This document shows, one piece after another, positions 18,433 to 28,737 of a DNA stretch of 64,000 nucleotides. The position numbers and the translations under genes were made by a program. Numbering within the stretch: the first letter of the stretch is position 1; the number at the start of each line of letters is the position of its first letter. Source of the DNA: an uncultured Vicingus sp. (GTDB lineage: Bacteria > Bacteroidota > Bacteroidia > Flavobacteriales_E > Vicingaceae); NCBI GenBank assembly GCA_964360245.1, contig CAYHWX010000003.1, forward strand, positions 2,307-66,306, written 5' to 3'. The notes below the pieces were generated by a model that was not told where the DNA came from, made no database searches, and saw nothing but the letters and a program-made list of their open reading frames with translations.

Positions 18433-21400
18433 ATGAGCTGGATTGAAGACATAATATCTCCTAATACAAGAAAATGGGAAGAATTTTATAGAAACAGATG
18501 GCAATACGATAAAGTTGTTAGAAGCACACATGGCGTAAACTGTACTGGTGGTTGCTCATGGGCTATACACGTAAAAGATGGGATTGTTGTTTGGGAGTTA
18601 CAACAAGTAGATTACCCACAATTTAATAAAGAAGTTCCTCCATACGAGCCCAGAGGTTGTCAAAGAGGTATTTCTTACTCTTGGTATTTATATAGCCCTA
18701 TCAGAGTTAAGTACCCTATTATTAGAGGAGCATTAATTGATTTGTATAGAGCAGAAAAAGAAAAGTGTGGAGGAGACCCTGTATTGGCTTGGACAAACTT
18801 ACAAGCAAATAAAGAGAGTAGAAAACGATATCAAAGAGCTAGAGGTAAAGGTGGTTTTAGAAGAGTGAAATGGGATGAAATGGAAGAGTTGATTACTGCT
18901 GCTAATATCTATGTAATCAAAAAATACGGTTCAGACAGAATCACTGGCTTTGCACCAATCCCTGCTAAAAGTATGTTAAGTTATGCTTCTGGAGCGAGAT
19001 ACTTGCAATTAATGGGAGGCATTAACTTAAGTTTTTACGATTGGTATTGCGATTTGCCAAATGCTTATCCTGAAATTTGGGGTGAACAAACAGATGTTTG
19101 CGAAAGTGCCGATTGGTTTCTATCCAAATTTATTGTATCGATGGGTGCCAACCTTGGAATGACCCGTACGCCAGATATTCATTTCTTTTCCGAAGCAAGA
19201 CATAATGGTACTAAAACTGTTGTAATGTCGCCAGACTTTAGTATGGTTGCAAAGCATGCAGACCAATGGATTCCAGTTCATGCTGGATCTGATGGAGCTT
19301 TTTGGATGGCTGTTACTCATGTCATTTTACAAGAATTTCATGTGAATAAAAAAACTCCTTATTTTATCAACTATGTAAAAAGATATACAGATTGTCCTTT
19401 TCTAGTTGAGTTACACGAAAAAGATGGTCATTATCTTCCAGGAAGAATGGTAAGAGCAAATCGAATTAGTAAATACAAAGATGTTAGTAATGGGGATTGG
19501 AAATTTTTAAATTATGATGTTGCTACAGGCGATTTAGTTATGCCAAAAGGAAGCATGGGACACAGATGGGATAAAAAATCAGGAAACTGGAACATGAAAT
19601 ATGAAGATGGAGAATCAGACAAAGAATATGACCCAGAATTAACTCTCTTAGATACCAAAGAAAAAGTATTACAAGTAGAATTTCAAGAATTTGGACTAGA
19701 TACAAGAGCATTAAGAGGAGTTCCAGTGAAATATATTGATACAATTGATGGGAGTAAAATACCAGTAGCAACTATTTACGACTTAACCATGTCTCAATAT
19801 GGCGTTGGAAGAGGTTTAGAAGGAGCTTTTCCTGCATCTTATGATGATAAGGACCACGCTTACACTCCGGCTTGGCAAGAAATATTTACAGGAATTAGCA
19901 GATCAGAAGTTATTCAGTTGGCAAGAGAATGGTCAATCACCGCAGAAACTACTGATGGTAAATGTATGGTGATTGTTGGAGCTGCTATTAATCATTGGTT
20001 TCATGGTAATTTAATGTACAGAGCTGCAATTATGGCTCAAATGCTCACTGGTTGTAATGGTAAAAATGGTGGCGGAATGAATCACTACGTTGGTCAAGAA
20101 AAATTAGCGCCAATGGATTCATGGGCAACCATTATGAGCTCAAAAGATTGGGGTACTGCTCCAAGATTACAACAAGGACCTATTTGGCACTACATTAATT
20201 CAAGCCAATGGAGATACGATGGTAATCAAAAATTTTACAACTCTTCTCCAGATAATGAGTTAGCAAATATGCATACTGCGGATTGGGCAGTTAAAGCTGT
20301 TCGTAATGGTTGGATGCCTTATTATCCTCAATATAACAAATCAAATTTTGACATTGTAAAAGATGCACAAGCTGCTGGTCATACAACTGATGATGCAATG
20401 AGAAATCATATTGTTGCTCAATTAAAATCAGGAGAACTAAAGCATTCGATTGTTGAACCAGATGAAGAAATCAATTTTCCAAGAAACTGGTTTATCTGGA
20501 AAGGTAATGCAATTGGAACTTCTGCAAAAGGTCATGAGTATTTCTTAGATCATTATTTAGGAACTCACTCCAATAAAATTGCAGATGAAGTCGCTGGTGA
20601 TATCGTACAAGATATTACCTATAAAGCAGAAGGAGCAAGAGGTAAAATGGATTTAGTAATTGACATTAACTTCCGAATGGATACATCAGCACTTTATTCA
20701 GACATAGTTCTTCCTACAGCTTCATGGTATGAAAAAGCTGATATCAATTCAACAGATATGCACTCTTTCATTCACCCATTATCCGAAGCAATTCCTCCAG
20801 TTTGGGAGTCTAAATCGGATTGGCAAATCTTCCAAAGTTTAGCTAAGAAAATGAGTGTCATGGCTAAAACATATTTGCCAGAAATAATGAAAGATGTAGT
20901 GAATATTCCTTTACAACACGATTCTGCTGATGAGGTAACTCAACCAAGATTATTAGATTGGAGCAAAGGAGAATGTGAGCCAATTCCAGGAGAAACAATG
21001 CATAAAATTGTTTTTAAAGATAGAGACTATACTAAAATCTATGACAAATTTATCTCTTTAGGGAAAGGAGTTGCTGAAAGTGGTTTAGGTGCTCATGGTA
21101 ATAATTACGATTGTGCTGATGTTTATGAAGAAATGTTAGAAAACAGACAGCATGTTTCTAAATGGAGTGATGGAACAGAATACCCTTCCTTAAAAGATGA
21201 TACAGAAGCAATCAATGCGGTATTAAAACTTTCTACATTAACTAATGGTAAGTTAACAGAAAGATGTTACAATATTATGGCTGAGAAAATTGGTGTTCCA
21301 GAAATAGCTAGTTTAGGTACTGAGTACAAACAAGTAGCTATGGAATACCGAGATTTACAAGCACAACCAAAACGATATAATTCATCACCACTTTGGTCAG

Positions 21401-22074
21401 GATTAATGCATGATGGTAGAACTTATGCGGCTTATACTTATAATGTTGATTTTTTAGTTCCATGGAGAACATTAACTGGCCGTCAACATTTTTACTTAGA
21501 TCATGATGCCTATATCGCTTTTGGAGAACACTTGTCAACTTATAAACCATCTCCAACACCTGAAGCTTATGGAGATTTAAGGAAAACAGTAAATGATGGA
21601 AAAGCTAAAATGCTAAACTGTTTAACACCTCATGGTAAATGGCATATTCACTCTACTTATGGTGATACATTAAGAATGTTAACTTTATCTAGAGGAGCTG
21701 AACCATGCTGGTTAAGTGAAAAAGATGCTGCAGATCTTGGAATAAAAGATAACGACCATGTTGAGGTTTATAATGATCACGGAACTTATGTAACCAGAGC
21801 TTGTGTAAGTGCTAGAATTCCATCAGGAGTGTGTATCGTTTATCATGCTGTTGAAAGAACATACAACATTGCAAAATCACAAGAAAGAAGAGGTAAAAAA
21901 GGTGAACCTAGAAGAGGTGGAATGAATAATTCATTTACACGGGTTCATTTAAAACCAAACTTAATGTGTGGTGGTTATGGACAGTTTACTTATCATTTTA
22001 ATTATTGGGGACCTGTTGGAGTAAATAGAGATACACATGTACTTGTACGAAGAATGGATAAAGTAGAATATTAA
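18433..22074 (+). CDS. narG: respiratory nitrate reductase alpha subunit
   Basis: 1213 aa. The N-terminus [21 protein letters not shown] is the NarG FS0 His/Cys motif. No twin-arginine signal, so the enzyme is cytoplasm-facing. Confidence 0.95.
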   Translation: MSWIEDIISPNTRKWEEFYRNRWQYDKVVRSTHGVNCTGGCSWAIHVKDGIVVWELQQVDYPQFNKEVPPYEPRGCQRGISYSWYLYSPIRVKYPIIRGALIDLYRAEKEKCGGDPVLAWTNLQANKESRKRYQRARGKGGFRRVKWDEMEELITAANIYVIKKYGSDRITGFAPIPAKSMLSYASGARYLQLMGGINLSFYDWYCDLPNAYPEIWGEQTDVCESADWFLSKFIVSMGANLGMTRTPDIHFFSEARHNGTKTVVMSPDFSMVAKHADQWIPVHAGSDGAFWMAVTHVILQEFHVNKKTPYFINYVKRYTDCPFLVELHEKDGHYLPGRMVRANRISKYKDVSNGDWKFLNYDVATGDLVMPKGSMGHRWDKKSGNWNMKYEDGESDKEYDPELTLLDTKEKVLQVEFQEFGLDTRALRGVPVKYIDTIDGSKIPVATIYDLTMSQYGVGRGLEGAFPASYDDKDHAYTPAWQEIFTGISRSEVIQLAREWSITAETTDGKCMVIVGAAINHWFHGNLMYRAAIMAQMLTGCNGKNGGGMNHYVGQEKLAPMDSWATIMSSKDWGTAPRLQQGPIWHYINSSQWRYDGNQKFYNSSPDNELANMHTADWAVKAVRNGWMPYYPQYNKSNFDIVKDAQAAGHTTDDAMRNHIVAQLKSGELKHSIVEPDEEINFPRNWFIWKGNAIGTSAKGHEYFLDHYLGTHSNKIADEVAGDIVQDITYKAEGARGKMDLVIDINFRMDTSALYSDIVLPTASWYEKADINSTDMHSFIHPLSEAIPPVWESKSDWQIFQSLAKKMSVMAKTYLPEIMKDVVNIPLQHDSADEVTQPRLLDWSKGECEPIPGETMHKIVFKDRDYTKIYDKFISLGKGVAESGLGAHGNNYDCADVYEEMLENRQHVSKWSDGTEYPSLKDDTEAINAVLKLSTLTNGKLTERCYNIMAEKIGVPEIASLGTEYKQVAMEYRDLQAQPKRYNSSPLWSGLMHDGRTYAAYTYNVDFLVPWRTLTGRQHFYLDHDAYIAFGEHLSTYKPSPTPEAYGDLRKTVNDGKAKMLNCLTPHGKWHIHSTYGDTLRMLTLSRGAEPCWLSEKDAADLGIKDNDHVEVYNDHGTYVTRACVSARIPSGVCIVYHAVERTYNIAKSQERRGKKGEPRRGGMNNSFTRVHLKPNLMCGGYGQFTYHFNYWGPVGVNRDTHVLVRRMDKVEY

Positions 22075-22107
22075 CAATTAACAATTGACAATTGAGTAAT
22101 GATTATG
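22073..22107 (+). repeat. tandem heptamers AACAATT AACAATT GACAATT GAGTAAT GATTATG in the narG-narH spacer
   Basis: Read directly. Three near-identical copies and two degenerate copies lie in strict 7-nt register, starting inside the narG stop codon. Confidence 0.8.
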
Positions 22108-22143
22108 GAAAAATAATCAATAAACGATAATAAATTATAAATT

Positions 22144-23637
22144 ATGGATATTAGAGCACAAATTTCAATGGTTTTTCATCTCGATAAATGTATTGGATGT
22201 CATACTTGTTCTGTTGCCTGTAAAAATGTATGGACAGACAGAAGAGGTGCAGAATATATGTGGTGGAACAATGTTGAAACAAAACCAGGAACAGGTTATC
22301 CAACTAAATGGGAAGATCAGGAAATATATAAAGGTGGGTGGGTTAAAGATGGCAATTCAGTTTCTTTAAAAGGAGCTGGAAAACTAAAAGGATTAAAAAA
22401 TATTTTTCATAACCCTAATATGCCTATACTAGAGGATTATTATCATCCATGGGCATACCGATATGGTGATTTATTCACAGCTCCAGAAGGAGATGATCAA
22501 CCTACAGCAAGAGCCGTTTCTTTAATTACGGGTGAGCCAATTGATATTAAATCTGGTCCGAATTGGGATGATGATTTAAGCGGTACTCTTGATTATGCAA
22601 GAAACGATGTGAATTTTAAAAGCCTTTCTTCAGCAGAGCAAGAAGCCATGTTTCAACTCGAAAAGATGACTTTTATGTATCTTCCAAGAATTTGCAATCA
22701 TTGTTTAAACCCAGCATGTGTTGGCTCTTGCCCATCAGGTGCTCTATACAAAAGAGGAGAAGATGGTGTTGTGTTAATAAATCAAGAAAGATGTAGAGCA
22801 TGGAGAATGTGTGTTACTGCTTGTCCTTATAAAAAATCATACTACAACTGGCATACTGGTAAATCAGAAAAATGTATTCTTTGTTATCCTAGATTAGAAT
22901 CAGGTCAAGCTCCAGCATGTATGCACTCTTGTGTTGGTCGTATTCGCTACCTTGGTGTAATGCTTTATGACGCTGATAAAATTGAGCAGGTTGCTTCCTG
23001 TGATGATAAAGATTTAATTAAAAACCATTTAGATATTTACGTAGATCCAAACAATCCAATAGTGATTGAAGCAGCTAGAAATAGTGGAGTACATGACTCT
23101 ACTATAAAAGCAGCACAAGATTCTCCTGTTTGGAAGTTTGTAAAAGAATGGGGAATTGCCTTACCATTACACCCCGAATTTAGAACATTACCTAACTTAT
23201 TCTACGTGCCACCAATGTTGCCTGGCATGGCACAAGTTGATGGAGATGGAACTTACAATACCGCTTCTAATGAATTATTTCCATCAATTGATAACAATAG
23301 ATTACCAATGAAGTATTTGGCATCTTTATTTTCTGCTGGAGATACTGATAAAGTTAGAGAAGTTTATGATAAATTAATGGCTGTAAAACAACATAGAAGA
23401 AATATTACAGTTGGCGATTTACCTAAAGATAAAGTGGCAGAGTTAATGAAAACTGCTAAAATGAGTGCTGATGCTGCGAATGCCATTTTTAGATTAACCT
23501 CATTAGCAACATTTGAAGAACGTTTTGTTATTCCACCAGCTCATAGAGAAGAATCAATAGAAATGATAGAAGCTACAGCAGACCATAAAGGAGAAGCTGG
23601 CTTCGGATTTAAAGAAAAACCTGCTAGAGGATTATAA
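22144..23637 (+). CDS. narH: respiratory nitrate reductase beta subunit
   Basis: 497 aa with Fe-S Cys groups CIGCHTCSVACK, CNHCLNPACVGSCP, CRAWRMCVTACP and CILCYPR...CMHSC. Confidence 0.95.
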   Translation: MDIRAQISMVFHLDKCIGCHTCSVACKNVWTDRRGAEYMWWNNVETKPGTGYPTKWEDQEIYKGGWVKDGNSVSLKGAGKLKGLKNIFHNPNMPILEDYYHPWAYRYGDLFTAPEGDDQPTARAVSLITGEPIDIKSGPNWDDDLSGTLDYARNDVNFKSLSSAEQEAMFQLEKMTFMYLPRICNHCLNPACVGSCPSGALYKRGEDGVVLINQERCRAWRMCVTACPYKKSYYNWHTGKSEKCILCYPRLESGQAPACMHSCVGRIRYLGVMLYDADKIEQVASCDDKDLIKNHLDIYVDPNNPIVIEAARNSGVHDSTIKAAQDSPVWKFVKEWGIALPLHPEFRTLPNLFYVPPMLPGMAQVDGDGTYNTASNELFPSIDNNRLPMKYLASLFSAGDTDKVREVYDKLMAVKQHRRNITVGDLPKDKVAELMKTAKMSADAANAIFRLTSLATFEERFVIPPAHREESIEMIEATADHKGEAGFGFKEKPARGL

Positions 23638-23638
23638 A

Positions 23639-24289
23639 ATGGATAAATCTCAATACGAAATATTATCAGAAGTATTCAAATATCCAACTTTTGGATATCA
23701 CAATAAGGTAAATGCTTGTATGCTGATGCTCCAAGAGAAATACCCTGATGCAGCTAAAAGTTTTTTACGTTTTTCTGATTACATCAACTCTAAAACTTTG
23801 TTTGAAGTTGAAGAAGTATTTGGATTTACATTTCATATTCAAGCAATTTGCTTCCTAGACATTGGATATGTATTGTTTGGGGAAGATTACAATAGAGGTG
23901 AATTTTTAGTGAATATGAAACGTGAGCAAGCTAAAATTAACCATGATTGTGGGGAAGAATTAGCAGATAATTTACCCCATGTATTGCACTTGCTCGCTAA
24001 ATCAGATGATATGGAATTAGTTCAGGAACTATCTGTTAGAGCTGTAGTTCCTGCCATTGAAAAAATGTTAGAAGAATTTCAACAATCAAGAATGGATTTA
24101 AAAAACAAAGTCATGAAAAAGAAGCAAAAAGTAATTATTATGGAAGATATTGTAGATGGCAATATCTACCAAAATGCAATACAAGCTCTTTTATTTGTGC
24201 TTAAAACTGATTTTGAAGGAGTAGAATACGGTGTGAAAGTAGCCGAACCTTCTTTAAGTAATTTTTTACCAAATTGTGGCACTTGTTAG
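23639..24289 (+). CDS. narJ: nitrate reductase Mo-cofactor assembly chaperone (NarJ/TorD family)
   Basis: Lies between narH and narI, starting 2 nt after the narH stop. Acidic helical protein with ELADNLPHVL, resembling the NarJ ELPDHLP segment. Confidence 0.7.
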   Translation: MDKSQYEILSEVFKYPTFGYHNKVNACMLMLQEKYPDAAKSFLRFSDYINSKTLFEVEEVFGFTFHIQAICFLDIGYVLFGEDYNRGEFLVNMKREQAKINHDCGEELADNLPHVLHLLAKSDDMELVQELSVRAVVPAIEKMLEEFQQSRMDLKNKVMKKKQKVIIMEDIVDGNIYQNAIQALLFVLKTDFEGVEYGVKVAEPSLSNFLPNCGTC

Positions 24290-24325
24290 TTAATTTATTT
24301 AAAAACAAATTTAAAAAATAGAAAT

Positions 24326-25282
24326 ATGATATTATTAGAATTTATTTCGCCTAATACATTAATTAATTTAGGAATTGTTGTAGGGTTTATTGTTGTCATT
24401 TTAATATTAATAGCTATGGCAAAAGCTAAAAAAATTAAAGAAGAAAATGGACCATTACCTGAAAAGAAAATCAACTATGCTGGAATATTTTTTGGTATGC
24501 TTGTAATAACAGGTATAATTGTATTCCTATTAAAAACTGGATTACAGAGTAATATAGTCTCACTTAACACCTTTGTATTTGCAATATTTCCTTATTTAGC
24601 ATTTGGTATTTTTATAATGGGAACAATATACAGATACAATAATAGAGGCTATCAAGTTTCCTCCTTATCCTCTCAATTTTTAGAAGGTAAACAGTTGTTT
24701 TGGGGTTCACAACCTTTTCACTGGGGGATGTTGGTGTTGTTTTTAGGACATTTAATTGCATTTCTTATCCCAAGTGCAATTATTGCTTGGAATGGCGATC
24801 CTTTAAGATTATTAATTCTAGAAATTTCATCTTTTGCATTTGGATTATCTGCCCTACTTGGACTAATACTTTTAGTAAAAAGAAGATTGTCTTCACAAAG
24901 ACTAACTATGGTTGCCAACAAAATGGACATGCTGGTGTACATTGTTTTATTTACTCAAATAATAAGTGGATTAGCTATTGCTCTTCTCGCCAGATGGGGA
25001 TCTACTTGGTTTGCCACTTCACTTACTCCATATTTAAGATCTGTTTTTGCTTTCAATCCAGATTTTAATGCAGTAAACGCAATGCCTTGGTTTATTCAAG
25101 TACATATTATTTCAGCATTTTTTATAATTGCTATTATTCCTTTTACTCGATTTATGCACTTTTTGGTTGCACCTATCGATTATATTTGGAGAGATTACCA
25201 ATTGGTAATTTGGAATTGGAATAAAAAGAAAATTAGAAAATCCACTACTTATTTCCCAGGTAAAGAAATTAAAAATCATTAG
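24326..25282 (+). CDS. narI: respiratory nitrate reductase gamma subunit with an N-terminal extension
   Basis: Residues from about 80 onward align by eye to NarI (FPYLAFGIFIMGTIYRY...SSQFLEGK...FHWGMLVLFLGHLIAF). About 80 extra N-terminal residues contain two hydrophobic helices. Confidence 0.85.
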   Translation: MILLEFISPNTLINLGIVVGFIVVILILIAMAKAKKIKEENGPLPEKKINYAGIFFGMLVITGIIVFLLKTGLQSNIVSLNTFVFAIFPYLAFGIFIMGTIYRYNNRGYQVSSLSSQFLEGKQLFWGSQPFHWGMLVLFLGHLIAFLIPSAIIAWNGDPLRLLILEISSFAFGLSALLGLILLVKRRLSSQRLTMVANKMDMLVYIVLFTQIISGLAIALLARWGSTWFATSLTPYLRSVFAFNPDFNAVNAMPWFIQVHIISAFFIIAIIPFTRFMHFLVAPIDYIWRDYQLVIWNWNKKKIRKSTTYFPGKEIKNH

Positions 25283-25311
25283 TAAAGTCAATTAATTTTT
25301 TTAGTAATTAA

Positions 25312-25339
25312 GGCCAATTCCTATCAATTGGTCTTTTTT
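25312..25339 (+). terminator. rho-independent terminator after narI
   Basis: Stem GGCCAATT/AATTGGTC with a 6-nt loop, followed by TTTTTT. Confidence 0.7.
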
Positions 25340-25388
25340 ATTATATGAGATACATCATTTAAACAATTGTTATAAAACAATTATAAAA

Positions 25389-25402
25389 TTGATATAACTC
25401 AT
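25389..25402. promoter_or_regulatory. FNR/Crp-type half-degenerate box TTGATataaCTCAT
   Basis: Lies 70 nt upstream of the porin ATG. One half-site deviates from the consensus. Confidence 0.3.
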
Positions 25403-25471
25403 AAAATGAATTATTCTTTCTTTTTACATTTATAGTATAATTAATTAAAAAATTAAACTAAACCAAAAAAG

Positions 25472-27013
25472 ATGAAAAATAAAATATTTATCACAGCATT
25501 TATGTTAATGTTAGGGTTGTATTCATACGGACAATTTACTTTAGAAGGTGAAATTCGACCAAGATTTGAATTTCGCCATGGGTACAAATCTTTAGCTGAT
25601 TCGGCACAAGATTTAGCTGCATTTGTTGAACAACGTACAAGACTTAATTTTGGGTATAAAACTGAAGGGTATATTTTTAGAGTAAGTTTACAAGATGTGC
25701 ATGTTTGGGGAAGTCAACCCCAACTAATTAGCACTCTAGCACAACAAAACACCGATGGCTCTTATTTAGGAATCCATGAAGCTTGGGGACAAGCATTAAT
25801 TACTGAAACTTGGTCATTAAAATTTGGTAGGCAAGAAATAATATTAGATGACCAAAGAATATTTGGAAATGTAGATTGGACTGCACAAGGGCGTAGTCAT
25901 GATGCTGCTATAATTAAATTTACTAAAGAAAAATTTAAAGCTGAAATTGGGGTAGCTTATAACCAAGATAAAGCTGCTTTTGCAAAAACAGAAGCTTCAA
26001 AAGGAAGTTATAAAGCGTTTCAATACTTATGGTTGCATAAAGATTTTAATGACAATTTTGGAGCAAGTGTTTTATTCTTGAATAATGGACAAGAGCAATT
26101 AGATATTGATAGCAACTCTTTTTATAACGGTGACCCCGCAACACAATATCAATATTATAAAGATAATTACAGTCAAACCATTGGTGCACGTTTAACTTTT
26201 AAGAAAAATAAATTGGCCATAAATGGAGCTTTCTATTCTCAAATAGGATTACAGGGTGACAGAAATAATGCTTTAAGAGACTACAATGGTGAATATGATA
26301 AAGAGATTGCAGCTATCAATTATGGGCTGGATATTTCTTATAAAATAACCGAAAAATTTACTACAACTATTGGGTATGAATTTTTAAGTGGAAATAGTGA
26401 AACAGACACAAGTGCATCCTATAAAAGAATTAACCATGCTTTTAATCCTTTTTATGGAACAAATCATAAATTTAATGGACACATGGATTATTTCTACGTA
26501 GGAAACCATATCGGTAGCGTTGGTCTTCAGGATATCTATCTAAGTTTAAATTATAAAGGAGAGAAGTTTTCAATTGGAGCAGATGTGCATTTGTTTTCTA
26601 CAACAGCTAATGTTTGGGACGAGTATAAGTACAATACTGATTTAACTTTAGCAGGAGATGTTCTTACATCAGAATTAACTGCCGCAACATCTCAAGCACA
26701 AATAGATGCTGCTAATGCAAAGTTTGATGCATTTACAGAAACAAAATATACTGATTATACAATGTCTGCTGGTTTAGGCACTGAGATAGATTTAAACTTA
26801 GGTTTTAATTTATCAAAAGGGGTGGCACTTAAAGCAGGCTATTCTATCATGTTAGCAACAGAAACATTGGCTGACCTTAAAAATGTTAAATACCTACCAA
26901 ATAATCTAAATGCAGGTGAAGGAAGAATAGATCAAACAAGTAGTTGGGGATGGTTAATGTTAGTAATCAAGCCTAATTTTACTGAAAAGAAAGAGCAACC
27001 AACTGTAAATTAG
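25472..27013 (+). CDS. outer-membrane beta-barrel porin (alginate-export-like)
   Basis: Signal peptide, alternating amphipathic beta-strand pattern, aromatic-rich and no Cys. The family call rests on overall resemblance only. Confidence 0.55.
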   Translation: MKNKIFITAFMLMLGLYSYGQFTLEGEIRPRFEFRHGYKSLADSAQDLAAFVEQRTRLNFGYKTEGYIFRVSLQDVHVWGSQPQLISTLAQQNTDGSYLGIHEAWGQALITETWSLKFGRQEIILDDQRIFGNVDWTAQGRSHDAAIIKFTKEKFKAEIGVAYNQDKAAFAKTEASKGSYKAFQYLWLHKDFNDNFGASVLFLNNGQEQLDIDSNSFYNGDPATQYQYYKDNYSQTIGARLTFKKNKLAINGAFYSQIGLQGDRNNALRDYNGEYDKEIAAINYGLDISYKITEKFTTTIGYEFLSGNSETDTSASYKRINHAFNPFYGTNHKFNGHMDYFYVGNHIGSVGLQDIYLSLNYKGEKFSIGADVHLFSTTANVWDEYKYNTDLTLAGDVLTSELTAATSQAQIDAANAKFDAFTETKYTDYTMSAGLGTEIDLNLGFNLSKGVALKAGYSIMLATETLADLKNVKYLPNNLNAGEGRIDQTSSWGWLMLVIKPNFTEKKEQPTVN

Positions 27014-27061
27014 TATAAAAAAATTGTTTTAGTTAACAATTATTTAGTTACGTATGAAAAA

Positions 27062-27085
27062 GACTATGATATTCATAGCCTTTTT
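27062..27085 (+). terminator. possible terminator after the porin gene
   Basis: Short stem CTATG/CATAG, extendable with one mismatch, followed by TTTTT. Confidence 0.4.
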
Positions 27086-27190
27086 CTTTTTCATCTAATA
27101 AAGCAAATAAGCATGTTTCAAATCATATGCCTAGTACAGATTTTCAAAAGATATACGTGAAATTACAATTTTAAAAGCTAATTTTAACTT

Positions 27191-27919
27191 ATGAAAATAA
27201 TTGACACAAAAACAGGTAATAGATTGAATTCCGATGGAAAAGCCATCGCATCGAAGTTAAAAGAAACAGACCCATTAAATAGAGATGCACATAAGAAAGA
27301 TGAATTAAGTGAGCATTCTCCTATGGATCCGCCAGATGCTTATGACAAAGAGGCATCTAACGTTGATGGAATAAAATATGATGATTTAACAATAGCATTA
27401 AAAATCTTGATTGACGAACATGATGAATTAGTTAAACATGCTGAAATATTTGAAAAAACTTTGGGAGAATTTAAAGATACTTCCTACCTGTTTACGCAAG
27501 AAATAAATGAAAGGTTTAATGCTTTTTTTAAATATTTCGATAATCACATTTTACCTCACAATAGAAAAGAAGAACGACATATATTCCCTATTCTCCACAA
27601 AAAACTAATAGAATCAGGAGAACACAGTCCAACTGAAAAAAAAGAAACAGCAGTTGATTTGATGGAAGACGACCATATTAAGTTTATTCAACTAGCATCA
27701 CTTACATTTAATTTGTTAGGTTTGGCTTCTCGACTTCCAGACCTTCATTCAAGAGCAGTAACTTTTGATTTAGCCTATCACAATGGGAAAGAATTAATTG
27801 AGCTATTAAGATTGCATATTTTTAGAGAAGATAATACCATTTTCCCACTTGCACAAAAATTATTATCAAAAGATGAATTGGTTATCTTAAATGAAGAAAT
27901 GGCAAATTTTAAAGGATGA
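27191..27919 (+). CDS. hemerythrin-like metal-binding domain protein
   Basis: His/Glu pattern typical of HHE cation-binding domains (HNRKEERHIFP..., MEDDHIKF..., LRLHIFREDN). Confidence 0.6.
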   Translation: MKIIDTKTGNRLNSDGKAIASKLKETDPLNRDAHKKDELSEHSPMDPPDAYDKEASNVDGIKYDDLTIALKILIDEHDELVKHAEIFEKTLGEFKDTSYLFTQEINERFNAFFKYFDNHILPHNRKEERHIFPILHKKLIESGEHSPTEKKETAVDLMEDDHIKFIQLASLTFNLLGLASRLPDLHSRAVTFDLAYHNGKELIELLRLHIFREDNTIFPLAQKLLSKDELVILNEEMANFKG

Positions 27920-27923
27920 TTAT

Positions 27924-27937
27924 ATGATTTAACTCAT
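27924..27937. promoter_or_regulatory. FNR/Crp-type box ATGATttaaCTCAT
   Basis: Ends 59 nt upstream of the TTG start of the Crp-family gene at 27996. Confidence 0.3.
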
Positions 27938-27995
27938 AGTTTGAAACAGCCCTTTTGTTTTAATTTTAGTACCATAATTTATAATTTAAAGAGAA

Positions 27996-28607
27996 TTGGT
28001 TAGTATAGAGAAAATAATATTGAATAATTACAAAACAAAAAATCATTTTTCGGTAAATGAACCTTTGTTTAAAGAAGGGGAAATGATTAATGGAGTTTAT
28101 TTTATTAAAAAAGGAAATGTAAAAATAACTCGTAATGCCAAAAATAATATGGCGATGTGGTTTGCAAATCCACACGAATTTGTAGGTTTGAGTTCCTATT
28201 TTAGTGAATCAGAAAATTACACATTTAGTAGTTTTGCTTTTGGAGGAAGCGTTGATGCTATTTTTATACCTTTAAATGATTTTAAAAAACTATTAGAAGA
28301 TTATCCCATATTTAAGAATAACATTATTCAAATTCTGTGCGATAGAATAAATTATACGATAGATAGAGTTAACAATATGAAATCTCAAAATATTAAAACA
28401 AGATTCTTAAATGCAATATTGTTATTAATAGATAAAGAAGGGGGGGATAAAACCAAAGTAAAAATTAATTACTCAATAAATGAACTATCTGAGTTAACAG
28501 GTACCTCCAAGCAATATATTAAAAAACTAATAACGGAATTTGAAAGTAAAAACTTGTTAGAAATTAAAGAAAATAGGTTGATTTTAAATTTAAATGAGTT
28601 TAAATAA
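27996..28607 (+). CDS. Crp/Fnr-family transcriptional regulator (no N-terminal Cys cluster)
   Basis: A cNMP-binding-like beta-roll (LFKEGEMINGVYFIKKGNVKI) plus a C-terminal HTH. The only start that keeps the domain intact is the TTG at 27996. Confidence 0.7.
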   Translation: MVSIEKIILNNYKTKNHFSVNEPLFKEGEMINGVYFIKKGNVKITRNAKNNMAMWFANPHEFVGLSSYFSESENYTFSSFAFGGSVDAIFIPLNDFKKLLEDYPIFKNNIIQILCDRINYTIDRVNNMKSQNIKTRFLNAILLLIDKEGGDKTKVKINYSINELSELTGTSKQYIKKLITEFESKNLLEIKENRLILNLNEFK

Positions 28608-28700
28608 TCAATTCTTAAAATCCTAAATTCTTGCCACTACTACAACTTTTTTGATGCGAACTATGATGATTTATAATTTACAAGAAACTTTATATAGTTA

Positions 28701-28730
28701 AAAAAAAGGGCTTATTTCAAGCCCTTTTTT
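28701..28730. terminator. bidirectional rho-independent terminator between convergent genes
   Basis: A-run, stem AAGGGCTT / AAGCCCTT with a 5-nt loop, then a T-run. It serves both the Crp-family gene (+) and narK (-). Confidence 0.8.
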
Positions 28731-28737
28731 GTGAATG

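Noticed and set aside
18433-18560. A twin-arginine signal on NarG, which would indicate a periplasm-facing enzyme.
   Set aside because: The N-terminus [27 protein letters not shown]... has no RR-x-F-L-K motif or hydrophobic h-region. Two NarK transporters are encoded nearby, which is consistent with a cytoplasm-facing enzyme.
24700-25068. 122-aa plus-strand ORF and 74-aa minus-strand ORF inside narI.
   Set aside because: These are alternative-frame ORFs wholly inside a well-supported NarI coding frame. No independent signal supports them.
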